64,000 nt of DNA, taken from Luteolibacter sp. (GTDB taxonomy: Bacteria > Verrucomicrobiota > Verrucomicrobiia > Verrucomicrobiales > Akkermansiaceae). The first letter of the stretch is position 1; each line of letters opens with the position of its first letter. The notes beneath the pieces are model-generated. The model searched no databases and was not told the DNA's origin. It saw nothing but the letters and a program-made list of their open reading frames with translations. This document shows, one piece after another, positions 18,944 to 28,300 of this stretch. The DNA lies in contig CBFHVO010000004.1 in the NCBI GenBank assembly GCA_965659125.1, positions 6,032-70,031 on the forward strand. Reading direction: 5' to 3'. The position numbers were made by a program, and so were the translations under genes.

Positions 18944-19860
18944 GATGTCTTCGTGGTTTTAATATTGGCCAAAGACCCAAGCGCACCGCTCCATTCGCCG
19001 AGGCTAGCGTGAAGGATCTCGACCTTGTGACCGCCGGGTCGCCATTCGATGCGATCCAAGTGGGCGGCAAGGGGCTCAAAGAGCAGGTCGCCGACTTCCG
19101 CGATGCCGCCGCCGATGACCACGGCTTCGGGGTCGAGAATGTTGATGAGGCTGGTCACCCCGCAGGCCAAGGCTTCCACCGAACGCTCCCAAATAGCCTT
19201 AGCCTCTTGGTCTCCGTCTTTCACCGCGTTGATCAGATCTAGGGTGGAGTCGAAGCGGCCGTTGCTGCGCTCGTTGACCGTGTGGTTGCCGATGGCGTAT
19301 TCAAGGCTGCCGGGAGTGCCGGTGGCGCCGATTTTATCCGACCAGACATCGAGGCAGAGGTGGCCACAGTGGCCGGCGCGTCCGATGCGGCCACGCAAGA
19401 GTTTGCTGTCGGAGAGAATCGCTCCACCCACTCCGGTGCCGAGCGTAAGCATGACCAAGTCGCTCTTGCCTTGGGCCGCACCCTCGGCGAGTTCGCCAAG
19501 TAAGGCGGCGTGGGCGTCGTTGAGCACACGGCAGTGACGACCGAGGAAGTCGGAGAACTGGAAGCCGACGATCCCGTGGAGTTTGCCGGGTAGGTTTTCA
19601 ATGCAGCGACCGTCGCGACTGGCCAGTCCCGGGCAGGCGATGCCGACGGCTTCGATGATCACATGGTGCTCCTGCTCCCAGGCCTCGATGAGTTCCTTGA
19701 TGGCGATGGCCCAGCTTGGAGTCTCGTCGCTGGTTTCGCCTTTGTCGCCGGTGGGCTGAATGGTGCGGGCAATCTCTTCATTGGTCGCCGCATTGTGCAA
19801 CACCGCCTTGATGCGGGTGCCGCCCATGTCGATGCCGGCGATGCAGCGCGTCGAACTCAT
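18940..19860 (-). CDS. ROK-family sugar kinase (no N-terminal HTH domain)
   Basis: 'IAGIDMGGTRIKAVL' is the actin-fold ATPase phosphate-1 motif. 'LNDAHAALLGE' and 'TLGTGVGGAI' are also present. Only 306 aa, so a kinase rather than a repressor. The classical CxCGxxGC zinc box is not evident. Confidence 0.75.
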   Translation of the reverse strand: MSSTRCIAGIDMGGTRIKAVLHNAATNEEIARTIQPTGDKGETSDETPSWAIAIKELIEAWEQEHHVIIEAVGIACPGLASRDGRCIENLPGKLHGIVGFQFSDFLGRHCRVLNDAHAALLGELAEGAAQGKSDLVMLTLGTGVGGAILSDSKLLRGRIGRAGHCGHLCLDVWSDKIGATGTPGSLEYAIGNHTVNERSNGRFDSTLDLINAVKDGDQEAKAIWERSVEALACGVTSLINILDPEAVVIGGGIAEVGDLLFEPLAAHLDRIEWRPGGHKVEILHASLGEWSGALGSLANIKTTKTS

Positions 19861-20702
19861 GCTTTGGGGCCTCCTTCGGAGTGAGTCCAGCCACCATCCA
19901 CGGCGAGCACCTGACCGGTGATGAAGGCCGAGCCGGGGCTCAGAAAGAGGATGGCGGCTTCATCGAGATCCGAGCTTTTGCCGATGCGCCCCCCGTCGAG
20001 CGGCTGCTTGTGTTTGATGAAGCCCAGAATCTCGTCGTCCTGTGCGGCGCGCTTGGCCATGGGAGTTTCGACCAAGGCGGGGGCGATCAGGTTGAAGCGG
20101 ATGTTGTCCTTGGCATAGTAGGCGGCGCAGGACTTGGTGAAGCCGATAGCTGCGGCCTTGGTGGCGGCGTAAGCGTGGGTGGAGAAGTAATCGGGGGAGG
20201 GGGAGTAGCCGAGGACGGAACCCATATTGAGAATGCTGCCCCCCGTGCCCTGCTCGCGCAGTTGGCGCACTGCGGCACGGTTGGAATTCATGAGGGTCGT
20301 AAGGTTGAGTTCAATGGTCTTTTGCCAGCCCTCATCGGTGAGTTCGTGCAGCGGGCCGTCACCCCACTTGCGACCGCTGCCGCCTGCCACGTGGTAGAGG
20401 CCGTCGAGTTTGCCGAAGTCAGCCACGGCGAGAGCCACGGCAGCCTCGGCGGTGGCGGGATCGGTGGCGTCACCGGTGACCAAGCGGGCGTTCTCACCCA
20501 ACTCTTCGAGCGCCCTGGCGCCGCTGTCCGGGTTGCGGCCAACGACCACGAGTTTGGCGCCCTCGGCAATCAGGGCCTTGGCGGCCGCGAGGCCCATGCC
20601 GGTGGTGCCACCGACAACTACGATGGAGAGATCCTGCAAACGGAGTTTCACGCGGGCCAGCATTCGGTGTTGGTCCGCTGGATTCAAGGCCTGAAAAAGC
20701 AA
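19857..20702 (-). CDS. Short-chain dehydrogenase/reductase (SDR)
   Basis: 'VVVGGTTGMGLAAAKALIAEGAKLVVVGR' (TGxxxGxG-type), the catalytic 'YAATKAA' (YxxxK) and 'ITGQVLAVDGG'. The true start may be the internal Met at 20663. Confidence 0.85.
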   Translation of the reverse strand: MLFQALNPADQHRMLARVKLRLQDLSIVVVGGTTGMGLAAAKALIAEGAKLVVVGRNPDSGARALEELGENARLVTGDATDPATAEAAVALAVADFGKLDGLYHVAGGSGRKWGDGPLHELTDEGWQKTIELNLTTLMNSNRAAVRQLREQGTGGSILNMGSVLGYSPSPDYFSTHAYAATKAAAIGFTKSCAAYYAKDNIRFNLIAPALVETPMAKRAAQDDEILGFIKHKQPLDGGRIGKSSDLDEAAILFLSPGSAFITGQVLAVDGGWTHSEGGPKA

Positions 20703-20714
20703 TCTGAGAGCAAA

Positions 20715-23084
20715 TCAAGGCCGTGCCGCTGGATCGGGCAGCTTCTGCTGCTCGATGATCACGCTGAGCGGGCCGATGGCAGGGGCCAGGTCGCCTTGCG
20801 TGCAGTTGTTCATCGGGTAGTTGGCGATGGCCAGAGTGACCGGGCCGCCCTTGAAGTCGTCCATGAATTCGCTCCAGACCTGGCTGCCGCTCTGGCCCTG
20901 ACGGCGAAAGCCGGTGACTCCGCTCTTGCGCTCGCCGAGTTCTTTTCCATTCACGTAGATGGTGAAGCCTTCGCCGGAGTTGGCATTGATGCTGCCAGTG
21001 ACCAGCACGCGGTAGCGATGACCGGGCTTGGCGGCGGGTAGGTCGATGGTTTTTCGCATCAGCAACACGCTTTCTTTGACGACGCTGGTCGGCTGCGGGC
21101 GCTTGGCGGGATACATGTGGCCATAGCGGGTTGCCATCCACTCCATGCCCTCGCCCCATTCTTTGGGAACGGTTTTGCCGAAGGGGGCCGGAGCTTTCTT
21201 CCAGCCGACCTTTTTGGCGTCGAAGTCTTTGGTAAACCAATCCTTCTGCGCGGCGGGGATCTCGAACTTCACGGGAGCCGTCTTGGGCTTCTGTCCTTTT
21301 TTGGGTGCGGGTGCCTCGTAAGGATTCACTTGCGCATCGAAGGCGAAGATATCCCATTGGGCCTTGTCCATGTCTGCAATCACCGGCTTCCAAGAGTAGG
21401 TGTTGATGCCGGCGGCCTCGAAGTAGGCGACGACGTCGTCGAGCGGGCCTTCAAGATATTCGGGAAACTTGGCGGGCTTGGGAACCGAGGTGACGAATGC
21501 TCCATCGAGGTTGTTCTGATTGCGCTCGTTGCTGAGATAGGCGTGCAATAGGCCGTCGAGAATCATGGGCTTGCAGGCTGCCTCGGAGGCGGCGATTTCG
21601 GCTTCAGTCGGCTCGGGAGTGGCGGCCTCCTTCTTCATGAGCGCCAGGGTCTTGGCCTCACGATCGGACTTAGGTATTTCGGCGGCTTCACCACCCATCA
21701 GGCGCACCATCGCACGGCCCATGGCCTCTCCGCAAAGCAGGTAGAACTCCGGGTTGCGGTGGTAGTGGTAATCCTGGCTGCGTGGTGATTCCTCGACTTC
21801 ACGCCAGAAGTCGCGGGTGTCCACGCTGGCAACATTGCCGGCAAAATCGGGATGTTGCTTGGGATCCCCCACGGCCATCTGGGCTTCCCACACACCCTTC
21901 CAGTTACCGGAGTTGATACGGTAGCCGCCGAAGCCCGCTGTGGCGACCACGGCTTTCATCTTTGGAGCCTTGAGATCGCGGCGCAGGTCCTTGATGAGGT
22001 TCACCAGATGGCCTTCGTATTCCTCCTTGCTTGAGCCGCTATCCTTGTGGCCCTGGAACCAGCCGAAGCCGACGACCTCATAACCTTGGCCCTGATAGCC
22101 GGGCATGATGTCCTTGAGGTTTTCTAGCGTCTTGTTCACTCCCTCGAGCATCAAGCGGTATTCCAGGCCTTCCCATTGGCTGTCGGGATCCAACTTGCCG
22201 CTGGAAGGGGGGCGGAAGTCCGATCCCAGTGAGCGGTTGCCCATGGCGGTTTTGATCAGCAGTACCGGCTCGTCATGGAACATGCCCATCACCGTGCCGA
22301 AGCCGACTTCAGGGCCAAGGCTGCCACCGTTGGAGGCGGCGCTCAGAAAGCTACCCTCTTTCTTGCCGACGCGCGCTTCGTGAAAGAACACGTCTTGGCG
22401 CACGCTCCATTCACCCTTATCGTCGAGGAGGTATGGGAACTTAGCGTCCTTTTGAGTAAGGGTGACGAGGTCACCCTTGCCCTCTAGCTCGATCTGCTCG
22501 AGCCACAGAGCGGCGGTGCCACCCTTGGCGTAGTTGATTTCAAGCGGGTAGATTTTTCCGGCTTCCAGGGTAGTCTTGGTCAGGATGGCATTGGCGCCTG
22601 CCTGCTTTGTGTAGACTTCCTTGCCGTCGAGTTTGGCAGTGGCGTGGCTGCTTTCCCCGTAGCCGATATGCATGAGATAACTGCCGCTGTTGGGTACATC
22701 GAGGAAGAGTTTGGTGACGCCCTTGTTGACGGTGCCGTTGGGAGTGACAGGGTTTTTGCCGTCCGCGTCCGTGTAGAGGCCGTGTTTGAGTAGTCCCGGT
22801 TGGCTCCGCCAGAACCACTTGCAGGCTCCCTTGCTGCGGCTGGTGCCAACGTGCATCTGGCCTTCGATGATGGCGGGATGCGCCGAGAGATAGATGGAGG
22901 GGTAGGGTGGCCGCGCGCCCTTGAGATCACCCATGCCGACCATGTTGGACTGACCGGCAAGCACATAGACTTTGACCTTTTTGCTGTGATTGGCGGGCTT
23001 GCCGTCGGGCTTGGGAAGTTCGAGGGGGATGGCGGCGCTGAGTGCGGTGGCCGAGAGGGTGGCGAGAAGGAAGGGGAGTTTCAT
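20715..23084 (-). CDS. SASA/DUF303-type carbohydrate O-acetylesterase with an inserted PA14-like domain and a C-terminal extension
   Basis: Signal peptide, then esterase block I 'VYVLAGQSNMVGMGD'. A ~170-aa insert follows ('GLYTDADG...YPLEINYAKGGTAALWL'). The esterase then resumes with 'LLIKTAMGNRSL' and 'WFQGHKDSG'. Confidence 0.75.
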   Translation of the reverse strand: MKLPFLLATLSATALSAAIPLELPKPDGKPANHSKKVKVYVLAGQSNMVGMGDLKGARPPYPSIYLSAHPAIIEGQMHVGTSRSKGACKWFWRSQPGLLKHGLYTDADGKNPVTPNGTVNKGVTKLFLDVPNSGSYLMHIGYGESSHATAKLDGKEVYTKQAGANAILTKTTLEAGKIYPLEINYAKGGTAALWLEQIELEGKGDLVTLTQKDAKFPYLLDDKGEWSVRQDVFFHEARVGKKEGSFLSAASNGGSLGPEVGFGTVMGMFHDEPVLLIKTAMGNRSLGSDFRPPSSGKLDPDSQWEGLEYRLMLEGVNKTLENLKDIMPGYQGQGYEVVGFGWFQGHKDSGSSKEEYEGHLVNLIKDLRRDLKAPKMKAVVATAGFGGYRINSGNWKGVWEAQMAVGDPKQHPDFAGNVASVDTRDFWREVEESPRSQDYHYHRNPEFYLLCGEAMGRAMVRLMGGEAAEIPKSDREAKTLALMKKEAATPEPTEAEIAASEAACKPMILDGLLHAYLSNERNQNNLDGAFVTSVPKPAKFPEYLEGPLDDVVAYFEAAGINTYSWKPVIADMDKAQWDIFAFDAQVNPYEAPAPKKGQKPKTAPVKFEIPAAQKDWFTKDFDAKKVGWKKAPAPFGKTVPKEWGEGMEWMATRYGHMYPAKRPQPTSVVKESVLLMRKTIDLPAAKPGHRYRVLVTGSINANSGEGFTIYVNGKELGERKSGVTGFRRQGQSGSQVWSEFMDDFKGGPVTLAIANYPMNNCTQGDLAPAIGPLSVIIEQQKLPDPAARP

Positions 23085-23116
23085 CGAATGGGTTGGGTTT
23101 TACGTGGTGGAAAAGT

Positions 23117-23797
23117 TCAGTCCTTCAGCGGTGTGAGTTCAATCTTTCGAAATTCAACTTCGGCGCCTTCGGCTTGGAGCGCGATCTTGCCCTCAGTTGC
23201 GGTGGCGTTGTGGCCACCATTCACCATGTCGCCGTTCACATGCACGGTGATGGCATCGTCCTTGCAGAGAATGGTCATGGTGTTCCACTCGCCGAGTGGT
23301 TTTTCAGAATTGTCGGTGAGATTCAGGATGCGCCGCGCATCGTTCTGGCCACCACCCCACTGCTGACCCTCCTTGTGTGGGCGGCGCTGCTCCATGTCGG
23401 GCACCTTGATGTCTTCCTCGATGACCCAGAAGTCTCCCGCATCACCCGACATCATCTGCACCTCGATGGACTGAGGGTGCATGTTGCCTCGGGCGCGCAG
23501 TCTTGAAGCATGGACGAGCACTCCACAGTTGCCGGGCTTGCCGGGGAAGCGATATTCGACCACCAGCTTGTAGTTTTTGAACTTCTTTTCGGTGAGCAGC
23601 TGGCCGCGTGGGTTTCCAAGGGAGACGAGCATGCCGTCACGAACGATAAAGCTGGGCTCGATGCCGGGGTTTTTGTCGGCCTTGGGGATGTCGGGCTTCC
23701 AGCCGGCGAGGTCCTTGCCGTTGAAGAGTTGGACGGGCTCGGCGGCGTGCAAACATGCTGTCCACAGGGCAAAGAAGGCGGTGAGGTAGGCTTGCAT
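23117..23797 (-). CDS. DUF1080 (3-keto-disaccharide hydrolase-like, LamG fold) secreted protein
   Basis: 'LFNGKDLAGWKP', 'FIVRDGML', 'NYKLVVEYRF', 'NCGVLVH' and 'GKIALQAEGAEVEFRKIEL' are the family hallmarks. Start chosen at MQAYLTAFFALWTACLHA (signal peptide); the track ORF is longer. Confidence 0.85.
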   Translation of the reverse strand: MQAYLTAFFALWTACLHAAEPVQLFNGKDLAGWKPDIPKADKNPGIEPSFIVRDGMLVSLGNPRGQLLTEKKFKNYKLVVEYRFPGKPGNCGVLVHASRLRARGNMHPQSIEVQMMSGDAGDFWVIEEDIKVPDMEQRRPHKEGQQWGGGQNDARRILNLTDNSEKPLGEWNTMTILCKDDAITVHVNGDMVNGGHNATATEGKIALQAEGAEVEFRKIELTPLKD

Positions 23798-23928
23798 GGT
23801 GATATCCAAGCGGTCATGACAGTCCATATCCAGCACGAAGGGTGCCCGATGGCATGTGGTGGGCAGATTGGACAAAATGGAATTCCAATGTAGATTTTCC
23901 ATTAAATATGCCCATCGCCACTTCAAGC

Positions 23929-25155
23929 ATGTTTCGACTTCAGGCTCTGGTGCTGGTCCTTTTGCCATGGCCGGCACAGGCGGTAATTCTTTTTTCCGGG
24001 GATAATTCAGCCAACCTGACGGCTCCTGATGCAGCGCGTGAGGATGTCTTCAACTCGGTGGCACGGGTGTGCAACGCGACTGGCACTTTGAACAACGGTT
24101 ATGGCAGTGCTGTGCGAATACGTGGTAAGTATTTGCTTACTGCCAACCATGTAAACTCATCCGGTGCTGGCCATGTGACCTTTGATGGGGTGACGGTTTA
24201 CCCGCTGGATGCTGCTTTTGGTAAGAGGCGCATTGGAACTGCTGATCTGGCCTTAATCAAGCTTGTGGATGACCCCGGCTTGAATGAAGTGAAGTTGTTT
24301 GATGCTGTGGAGGGGGATATTCCAAGGTCCTTCAGTGGTTCTACAGCCACGATTATCGGCGTTGGTAGAGGTCGAAGCCCTGGCGACACCGATGGCGATG
24401 CCATTTGGAGTTGGGGTGACAACTCGACGATGGTCAAGCGTTGGGGAACCAACCGTATTGAGAGGGCTGTTGGTTTTACTCCTGATAACCAACCATACGA
24501 TGCCGAATATCAGGGCTTGGAGACAACTCTCGACGGAAGTGCTGGCAATGACGAAGCGGCGACCACGATCTATGATTCTGGCTGTGGTTTGTTCGTCGAG
24601 CACAACGGCGAGTGGAAGCTGGCCGGCATAGCGACCTTGGTCAGCAATAGCGGATCATCCACCTTCGGTGGCCCCACCCCCGACTCAAACTATTTCGTGC
24701 GAATCAATCAGTTGGCAGCTGCCATCGAAGCGGCCATCCCCGACCCCACCACTTACTCCGGATGGAAGGTCGATCACAGCCTCTATGGTGCGAATGCCAA
24801 CGATGACGCCGACACCGATGGCGACGGCATTCCGCAGTTTTTAGAGTATGCTCTTGGAGGTAACCCCAACAATCCCTCCCGCGACATCCTGCCCGTGCAG
24901 CAGATGACCGAGGACGGCGGCAGCCTATATCTCGAATTGTCGGTGACCCGACCCGTCGGCTTGCAGGGTCTCAGCTACCTCCCCCAGACGGACACCACCC
25001 TCACGAGTTGGCCGACGGATTCAACCGGTATTGCCGATCCAACGCCCACTCCCACCGACAACGGAGATGGCACCGAAACGCTGATTTATCGCCGATCCGA
25101 GGCACTGTCCGCGAATCCGAGGGCCTTCATGCGCCTCAAGGTTCAATCCAACTGA
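23929..25155 (+). CDS. Secreted trypsin-like (S1) serine protease with a ~130-aa C-terminal module shared with the next gene
   Basis: Signal MFRLQALVLVLLPWPAQA (alternative start 23908). Triad contexts are 'LLTANHV' (His), 'DLALIKL' (Asp) and 'YDSGCGLF' (Ser). The C-terminal 133 aa are roughly 60% identical by hand alignment to the C-terminus of 25313-28924. Confidence 0.75.
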   Translation: MFRLQALVLVLLPWPAQAVILFSGDNSANLTAPDAAREDVFNSVARVCNATGTLNNGYGSAVRIRGKYLLTANHVNSSGAGHVTFDGVTVYPLDAAFGKRRIGTADLALIKLVDDPGLNEVKLFDAVEGDIPRSFSGSTATIIGVGRGRSPGDTDGDAIWSWGDNSTMVKRWGTNRIERAVGFTPDNQPYDAEYQGLETTLDGSAGNDEAATTIYDSGCGLFVEHNGEWKLAGIATLVSNSGSSTFGGPTPDSNYFVRINQLAAAIEAAIPDPTTYSGWKVDHSLYGANANDDADTDGDGIPQFLEYALGGNPNNPSRDILPVQQMTEDGGSLYLELSVTRPVGLQGLSYLPQTDTTLTSWPTDSTGIADPTPTPTDNGDGTETLIYRRSEALSANPRAFMRLKVQSN

Positions 25156-25312
25156 TCTTCCTGGCACCAACCCGGTAGTTTCGGAGTGCAAAGGCCTTGC
25201 GAGGTCGATTTTTTGATCGGTAGGTCTTTCATATTTACATTGTAAATTATTGAGTTGCAACAAGCCTCCCGTGCGTGTTGCAATTTGCAAATAATATCCC
25301 CTCCCGGCCCCG

Positions 25313-28300
25313 ATGCGCACAGACCAACGAGCCAAAATTTTCAGTCCTTGCGGTATTGTAGGCGGACTATGTGCCATGCTGACCGCTTTGAGCGTAGAGG
25401 TGCATGGACAGACTCTGGCTCCGCTGACAGCTGCCGGGCAGAGCTTCGCCGGCTACTTTGTCGAATTTGACGGCAAGGAATGGTTGCTGATCGGGCGTGG
25501 CCGTGAGGGTTGGGAATTTGACACGGACGGCCAGGGTTCGGTGGACGCTGTCAGCCAGAACGTCGGAACATCGGGCGCATTTGCTCCCGCCTGCTATTCC
25601 GATGCCATCATCAACGATCTCCTCAACCAAGCCGGCATCACCGACATGGCCAATCTTGAGGTGCGCCTAGCGCGCGCCTCTAACCCGGGCGGCACCGGTG
25701 TGTATCAGGATGTCCGCTGGACCAACTTTACAGGCAATGGTGGCAACTTCACCTGGAACCTCGAAGACAGCCGCTATGGCGTGACCATTGAATACAAAAA
25801 TGCCCCATACGGACTTTCCGGAGCGGCGACCGGCATCCACACGGGCCGCGATACCCGAGACGCCAACATTTCCAATAACGCCGGCCGCATTTTTACCTGG
25901 GCCTGGGGCGGTCACGGTAACCAGAAGGGTTTTAGCTATGGCAACAGTGTCAGCAACGGCAGCAACAGCGCGACCAGTTTCCTCTGGGAGTATGGTAACG
26001 AAAATCACGCCATTCCCTACACCGAGGTCTACATTCCCTACATCAGCAATGACGACCAACCGCCCTCCATCGACAGCCTGAATCCCGCGGATAATGACAC
26101 GGGAATCTACATCGGCGCGGATCTGGTGGCCACCTTCGACGAGCGGATCGCTCTCAGAGACGGCGGCACGATCACCATCACTGACCTCACCGACGGCTCA
26201 AGCACCCGCACCATCACTTTGCCCAATGCTCAGGTCTCCGTGTCCGCCAGGGATCTCATTATCAACCTCTCGACCAATCTAGAGGTTTCCACGCAATACG
26301 AAGTCACCATCAACAGCCTCGCCATCCAGGACACCTATTCCACGCCCAATGCCTACGGCGGTACCGCTTCGGGTGAATGGACCTTCACCACCGCGGATCC
26401 GGATCCGACGGCACCTGTGATCACCAACTTCAGCCCTGCCGACAATTCGACAGGAGTCACCAACAACGCCGACGACCTCTCTCTGGTTGCCACCTTTGAT
26501 GACAATATTCTCTTTGGCAGTGGCAATATCACCCTTGTCGATCTTGCTACTCCCGCCAACAACCGGGTCATTCCCATCGGTGACCCGCGGCTTTCAATCA
26601 CCGATAACAGGCTGACCATCACGCTGGCCTCCGATTTGGAGATGAGTGTGGAGTATGCGCTCCAAATCGATGCCGGCGCCTTGATCAACTACAGTGCGGT
26701 GCCCTTCGCCGGCATCAGCAACACCACCACCTGGAGCTTCACCACCCGGGCCGGCCAGGATGGTGCGTGGACGCTCAACAATAACGGGCAATGGTTTGAT
26801 ACGAACAACTGGTCCGGTGGACTTATTGCCGGTGGCACGGTTGCCAATGCCGGCGGCACGGCTGATTTTTCCACGATCGACATCAACAATCACCGAACCA
26901 TTACCATCACCGGCGCGCCGGCTGTCATTGGCTCCTTGATTTTGGGAGACAGCAACAGTTCCCACGATTACCGCTTCAGCAACGGCACGGGAGGCTCACT
27001 GGTCTTTGATGGCCCGGGCGACACCGCCTACCTGACGGACACCAGTATACGCAACCAGCTTTTTAACCACGGTTTCGTGGTGAATGATCAGCTTGTGATG
27101 GACATCAGTGGTGACACTGAAGGATCGGAGAGTAACCCCTTGGAGGGTAACGGAACAATCGGTGGTCTCGAGGTCCGTGGTGAAATTTCCGGACCGGGGG
27201 GGATCACGGTCAATGGAGGTCGTCTCCAGCTACGCAATGGATCCACAGATACCTACAGCGGCCCGACCATCCTGAATAATGGTGCGCAGGTCATGTGGAG
27301 AAACGGCAATGGTTTCACAAATGAGAGCACCAATAGTAATATCATCATCAACAATGGCGTCTACAACCGCTACTACGACAGCAGCGTGACCCTTCAGCTG
27401 GGAACCGGACCCAGGCAGATCCAGATTTTGGGTGGCACCAGTGGTTTTTCGGCAAACAGAAACGGCAGCTACACCCTTAACAACACGGGTGCCACCATCG
27501 TATGGGGCAGCGCCTACTTCAATCCCGACAAACTCGTTCTGACCTCCAATTGGGCCAATACCTATGGCAAAACAATCCTGCACAACCGTATTGACCTCAA
27601 TGGTCAATCCCGAACGATTTCCATTCTCTGCAATAGCTCGAATGATACGGGATACGGAAATATCAACTATCCAATCGTTGACAATGCTGCCACAGGAACC
27701 GGCCTCATCAAAGAGGGTCAAGGCGTGCTGCTTCTCAACCAAGCCAACACATTTACGGGGCCGGTTCGGATCCATGGGGGGCTTGTTAGAGTGACCCATG
27801 CCGCAGGCTTGGGGACACAAGCGGATGGCGGCTTGATGTTCACCGAAGGAGGCACCACTTTGGACATGCGGACGAGTTTGACCATTCGTGAGTTGTCCTC
27901 CACCGACATCTATTTCGGCACCGTCACCAATGGGGGTACCAGCATTCTCACACTGACCGTGGATCAGGACACCGACAGCACGTATGCAGGTGTCATTGAT
28001 GACGGCTACACCGGAGGGCAGACGGGAATTACCAAAGCGGGTACTGGCACCCTCACTTTCCCCTTTGATGAGGAGATTGGATATGGCGTTGGTAGCTACC
28101 ATACGGGTCCCACACTGGTTAACGAGGGCGCTGTGATCATGGATGCGGACTGGGATGCCGCCTACAGTGATGTCACGGTTGCCGCGGGTGCGAGCTTCGG
28201 CGGCAAGGGCCAGATGGCTGGCGATCTGACGCTCGCCGATGGTGCAAAGCTCCTCTTCGATCCGGCCGAGACGCTCACTTGCAACGGCTTCAGCGTTGAT

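Noticed and set aside
25170-25215. Possible terminator after the protease gene (AAGGCCTT core followed by a T6 run at ~25210).
   Set aside because: The stem is only a short loop-less palindrome and the flanking pairing is poor when written out. I am not confident enough to list it as a feature.
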